Positions 59,642 to 64,000 of a stretch of DNA of 64,000 nt are shown one piece after another. Below the pieces are notes generated by a model. That model did not search any database, was not told where the DNA came from, and worked only from the letters and a program-made list of their open reading frames with translations. The stretch is from Rebecca billardiae RCC1528 (Eukaryota; Protista; Haptophyta): positions 620,001 through 684,000 of the forward strand of contig OZ251247.1 in assembly GCA_965240325.2 (NCBI GenBank). Reading direction: 5' to 3'. Position numbers and translations under genes: made by a program. How positions within the stretch are numbered: the stretch's first letter is position 1; every line of letters starts with the position of its first letter.

Positions 59642-61174
59642 CTAAACGGCTTCGCACAGCAGCGACGGCAGCTGATGGATGCGCTCGGGCACGTCCACGC
59701 CGTCTCCGTCGTTCAACAGCGGCTCGTCAGCGGTGCTCACGCCAAGCCCGAGCGCTGCCGACTGCTTGCCGCACGAGTACGCTGCGCCGTCCGCTGTCAC
59801 AAACAGCGCGTGCTCAGGGCCGAGTGCGCAGGAGACCACGCGCGCGTGCGCCAGCGCGTGCACGCTCGCCCCCGGGAGCACCTTCCGCGCGCCGTGCCCG
59901 CGCTGCAGCCCCAGCCGACCGCTCCGGTTGTAGCCGAACGCGTGCACGCTGCCGTCCGCGCCCAGCACCGCGCTCGCACGGTGCGCTGAGCACGCGCGCA
60001 CGGCGCGCACGCCCGCGAGCGCGTCCATGCGGCGCGGCGTGAGCCGTCTCGGGTCGTCGATGCTGCCGCCCAGGCACGCGCCCGGGCCGCACGAGTACAC
60101 CGCGCCGCCCGCGTCCACCACCACGCTGTGCCAGTCGCCCGCGCTCACGTGCACGGCGCGCACGCCCGCGAGCGCCTCGATGCGCCTCGGCGTGTGCCGC
60201 TGCTGCTGGTCGCCGTGGCCGAGCCGGCCGTGTTGGCCGTCGCCGCACGAGTAGACGGCGCCGCTGGTCGAGAGGAGCAGCGTGTGGACGCCGCACGCGC
60301 TCACGCCGCCCACGCGCACGCCGTCCAGCGCCTCGATGCGCGTCGGCTCCCGCCGCGCCTTCCTGTCGCCGTGGCCGAGCTGGCCGCACTCGTTGCGGCC
60401 CCAGCTGTACGCGCAGCCGGCCGCGGTGAGGGCGAAACTTTGAAGGCAGCCCGCTGCAATGCACACGACGGGCTGGGGCTCCAAGCCGCGCACGAGCTCG
60501 AACACCTCGCGGACGTCCCGCCCCCCGAGCCCGAGCTGGCCGTTCCCGTTCTCGCCGCAGCCGTACACCGTCCCGGCCTCGCTCAGCGCCAGCAGGTGAA
60601 GGCGCCCTGCGGCCACAGAGCGCACGCGCACCGCGGAGAGCGAGGCCACGCGGGTCGGCACGCGCACGGGCGGCGCCGCGGGTCCGTCGTCGTGGCCGAG
60701 CGCGAGAGGGGCGACGCGCTCCGTCAGCGCGTCCCCGTCCTCCTCCTCCTCGGCGTAGTCGTCGTCGTCCTCCTTCTCCTCGCCGCACGTGTGCAGCCCG
60801 CCGTCCGCGTCCACAAACGCGCTCAAGCCCACCTCCTCCTCCATCCCGCCCGCGGCCACGGCCAGCGCGTGAGTGCGCGCGAGCGCGAGGACGGCTTCGT
60901 GGTGTAGCAGCTCCTCGGTCCACGTGCGCACGCCGTCCGGCAGCGCGGCCAGAAGGGCGCGAGCGTGCCCGCGCGCGCGCGCGCGCTCGCGCAGTGCGTG
61001 CTCGACCGGCGAGCGGCCGCCGGGCGCGCCGCGGAAGAGGCGCGAGGTGGCGTTGGCGGCGGCGATGGCACGCAGCGACTGTGCGAACAGAATGCGCTCG
61101 ATGATCTCGGCGGGCAGGTCCGCCAGCTGCCGTGGCGCTGAGGAGGGCTCGTCGCCCTCGCTTGATGTCGTCAT
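59642..61174 (-). CDS. F-box-like + RCC1-repeat protein, copy 9 (510 aa)
   Basis: LADLPAEIIERIL plus RCC1 repeats; long acidic loop EEKEDDDDYAEEEEDGD. Confidence 0.92.
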   Translation of the reverse strand: MTTSSEGDEPSSAPRQLADLPAEIIERILFAQSLRAIAAANATSRLFRGAPGGRSPVEHALRERARARGHARALLAALPDGVRTWTEELLHHEAVLALARTHALAVAAGGMEEEVGLSAFVDADGGLHTCGEEKEDDDDYAEEEEDGDALTERVAPLALGHDDGPAAPPVRVPTRVASLSAVRVRSVAAGRLHLLALSEAGTVYGCGENGNGQLGLGGRDVREVFELVRGLEPQPVVCIAAGCLQSFALTAAGCAYSWGRNECGQLGHGDRKARREPTRIEALDGVRVGGVSACGVHTLLLSTSGAVYSCGDGQHGRLGHGDQQQRHTPRRIEALAGVRAVHVSAGDWHSVVVDAGGAVYSCGPGACLGGSIDDPRRLTPRRMDALAGVRAVRACSAHRASAVLGADGSVHAFGYNRSGRLGLQRGHGARKVLPGASVHALAHARVVSCALGPEHALFVTADGAAYSCGKQSAALGLGVSTADEPLLNDGDGVDVPERIHQLPSLLCEAV

Positions 61175-61267
61175 CAGTACTACTTAGTCAAGCAACTGCG
61201 GCGGTCCCCGCCAGCAGCCGCCGCCGCCATCGTGTTCCGCACGACCCGGACGATCGATCGCGAAGAG

Positions 61268-62767
61268 ATGGCGGCACCACCAGCATCGGCGACGACGCGC
61301 ACGCGTCCCGCGGCTCCCGCGGGAGCGCAGCGGCTGACCGACCTGCCGCCCGAGCTCGTCTCGCGCATCCTTGCCCACTTTGACGACGTTGGCGACCTCG
61401 TTGCCGCCAACGCCGCCTCTCGCCTCTTCCGCGGCGCGCCGCTCGAGCACGCGCTGCGCGAGCGGGCGCGCGCGCGCGGGCACTCGCATGCGCTGCCCAC
61501 GACGCTGCCCGCGGGCGCGCGCACGTGGACGGAGGAGCTGCTCGCCCGCGAGCGCGTGCACGAGCTCGCGTGCGGGCACGGCCAGGTCGTCGTCGCAGTT
61601 GGCACCGATGATCACCCGTTCAGCGCGTTTGTGGACGCGGACGGTGGCGTGCACACCTGTGGCGAGCCGCCGGGCCAAGTCGAACTCTCGCGGCGGGAGC
61701 GTAGCGCCTTGGCCTGGCGAGTATTCGCAGCAATGCGACACGCAGCCTGCTCGCCGCATCCGACGCGCGTGACCTCACTCTCGGCGGTGCGCGTGCGTTC
61801 TGTGGCCGCTGGCTATGACCACCTGCTCGTGCTGAGCGAGGCCGGTGCCGTGTACAGCTGCGGCGAGAACGAGTACGGCCAGCTGGGGCTCGGCCATCGG
61901 GCGGAGGACGCGCATGTGTTCGTGCCGTTGCCCGCGCTGGACGCCGAGCTCGTCGTGGCCATCGCCGCGGCTGGCCTTCACAGCCTCGCGCTCACCGCCG
62001 CGGGCTGTGCGTACAGCTGGGGCTACAACAGGGACGGCCAGCTCGGCCACGGCGACAGGAAGCACCGGTGGGAGCCGACGCGCATCGAGGCGCTCGACGG
62101 CGTGCGCGTGGGCGGCGTTGCAACTGGGGATGGACACACGCTACTGCTCTCGGCGCAAGGCGCGGTCTACTCGTGCGGCTGGGGCTACAAGGGCCGTCTC
62201 GGCCACGGCGACGAGCAGGAGCAGCACACGCCGAGGCGCATCGAGGCGCTCGCGGGCGTGCGCGCCGTGCACGTGAGCGCGGGCGAAGCGCACAGCCTGG
62301 TGGTGGACGCGGAGGGCGGCGTGTGCTCGTTCGGCTTTGGCCGCAACGGCGAGCTTGGGCACGGCGACGACCTTGACCAGGAGATGCCCACGCCCATCGA
62401 GGCGCTGGCGGGTGTGCGCGCCGTGCGCGCGTGTGCAGGCCATTGCAGCAGCGCGGTGCTGGGCGCGGACGGCAGCGTGCACACGTTCGGCGACAACAGT
62501 ACTGGGCAGCTCGGCCGGACATCGTCCCACCCGGTGGTCAACGCGCAGCCCGCGCGGCTGCACGCCCTCTCACACGCGTGCGTGCTGGGGTGCTCGCTCA
62601 GCAACTCCCACGCGCTGTACGCCACAGCGGACGGCGGTGCGTACGCGTGTGGGCGGAAGGTGGCCGCGCTCGGCCTCGGCGTGAACGACCTGGTCGACCC
62701 GCAAGCAAAGCAGCGGACGCCGCAGCGCGTGGCGCAGCTGCCGCCCCTTGCAGGCACGCTCCGCTGA
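61268..62767 (+). CDS. F-box-like + RCC1-repeat protein, copy 10 (499 aa)
   Basis: LTDLPPELVSRILAHFDDVGDLVAANAASRLFR, the best F-box match in the family, plus RCC1 repeats. Confidence 0.92.
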   Translation: MAAPPASATTRTRPAAPAGAQRLTDLPPELVSRILAHFDDVGDLVAANAASRLFRGAPLEHALRERARARGHSHALPTTLPAGARTWTEELLARERVHELACGHGQVVVAVGTDDHPFSAFVDADGGVHTCGEPPGQVELSRRERSALAWRVFAAMRHAACSPHPTRVTSLSAVRVRSVAAGYDHLLVLSEAGAVYSCGENEYGQLGLGHRAEDAHVFVPLPALDAELVVAIAAAGLHSLALTAAGCAYSWGYNRDGQLGHGDRKHRWEPTRIEALDGVRVGGVATGDGHTLLLSAQGAVYSCGWGYKGRLGHGDEQEQHTPRRIEALAGVRAVHVSAGEAHSLVVDAEGGVCSFGFGRNGELGHGDDLDQEMPTPIEALAGVRAVRACAGHCSSAVLGADGSVHTFGDNSTGQLGRTSSHPVVNAQPARLHALSHACVLGCSLSNSHALYATADGGAYACGRKVAALGLGVNDLVDPQAKQRTPQRVAQLPPLAGTLR

Positions 62768-63043
62768 GCACGCGTACGCGGGTGCAGCAGGATGCACACC
62801 GCCATGATGAGCAGCCTGAGCCCCCTGAGTGCAGTGCCACACACTCCCCTAGCTGCTGCTTCTCTCCAACCCCCTGCTCAGCACTACAGTACGTAAGCTA
62901 CAGTCTTCCGGTCGTAGTACAGTAGGCGTAAGTACGTACACTACGGTGGTACCGCGGGTATCCTTAGGTCGAGCAGTGCGCACGCTTACTCAATGATGTG
63001 CGACCAACCGCCAGCGCGCAGCACCCTCCGGCTCGGAGCGGAG

Positions 63044-64000
63044 ATGGCACCAGCAGCATCGGCGACGACGCGCACGCGTGCCGCGGCGCCCCCGGGTGTG
63101 CGGCGGCTGACCGACCTGCCGCCCGAGCTCGTCTCGCGCATCCTCTCTCATCTGGATTGCGCGTGTGACCTCGCCGCCGCCAACGCCGCCTCGCGCCTCT
63201 TTCGCGGCGCGCCGCTCGAGCACGCGCTGCGCGAGCGGGCGCGCACGCGCGGCCACGCCCGCGCTGCCTGAGACGCTGCCCGCGGGCGCGCGCACGTGGA
63301 CGGAGGAGCTGCTCGCCCGTGAACGCGTGTACGAGCTTGCATGCGAGCACGGGCAGGTCGTGGTCGCTGCTGGCACCGATGATCACCCGTTCAGCGCGTT
63401 TGTGGACGCGGACGGCGGCGTGCACACCTGTGGCGAGCCGCCGGGCCAAGTCGAACTCTCACGGCGGGAACGCAAGGCCTTGGCCGGGGGAGTATTCGCT
63501 TTAATGCGACACGCAGCCTGCTCGCCGCATCCGACGCGCGTGGCCTCGCTCAGCGCAGTGCGCGTGCGTTCTGTGGCCGCTGGCTGGGCCCACCTGCTCG
63601 CGCTGAGCGAGGCTGGCGCCGTGTACGCGCGCGGCCACAACGACTACGGCCAGCTGGGGCTGGGTCACCAGGCGGAGGACGCGCATGCGTTCGTGCCACT
63701 GCCTGCGCTGGACGCCGCGCTCGTTGTGGGCATTGCCGCTGGCCCCCTTCACAGCCACGCGCTCACCGCCGCTGGGTGTGCATACAGCTGGGGCAACAAC
63801 TACTGCGGCCAGCTCGGCCACGGCGACAAGGACCGGTGGGAGCCGACGCGCATCGAGGCGCTGCGCGGCGTGCGCGTGGGTGGGATCGCAGCAGGGGTAG
63901 CCCACACGTTGCTTCTCTCGACCAGCGGCGCCGTCTACTCGTGCGGCCGCGGCCAGCACGGCCAGCTCGGCCACGGCGACCAGCAGCAGCGGTATGCGCT
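63044..64000 (+). pseudogene. F-box-like + RCC1 copy 11; frameshift near 63262, runs off window
   Basis: Close paralogue of copy 10. A 2-nt loss in a GC run (ggccacgcccgcgctgcctgag) creates TGA at 63269-63271, and the family frame resumes afterwards. Could be an assembly error. Confidence 0.75.

Overview
Eukaryotic nuclear DNA that is very GC-rich and intron-rich (GTGCGC...CAG introns, TTAGGG-type repeats inside introns, a protein with a signal peptide plus ASAFAP-like plastid motif). This best fits an alga with a secondary red plastid, probably a haptophyte; that assignment is inference. Ordinary genes: a 10-exon eIF4A-III, a plastid-targeted parvulin, two putative glycosyltransferases, one unknown type II membrane protein and a ~1590-aa membrane-anchored Gly/Asp-rich RTX-like repeat protein. 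The dominant feature is a dispersed tandem array of 11 intronless paralogues (8 intact, 3 disrupted), each encoding an N-terminal F-box-like motif plus RCC1 propeller repeats. Their DNA scaffold is nearly invariant, but a few defined codons per blade differ in almost every copy, and segments are shuffled between copies. This looks like a diversified ubiquitin-ligase receptor repertoire, possibly immune-like. The intergenic space is packed with nested non-autonomous DNA transposons whose TIRs and TSDs are readable (CACAGTG/CACTG ends, CAAGG ends, TAGGGGG ends, GGC ends), long (TA)n tracts, and signs of a pervasive micro-insertion process. No searches were run; all homology calls are motif recognition by eye.
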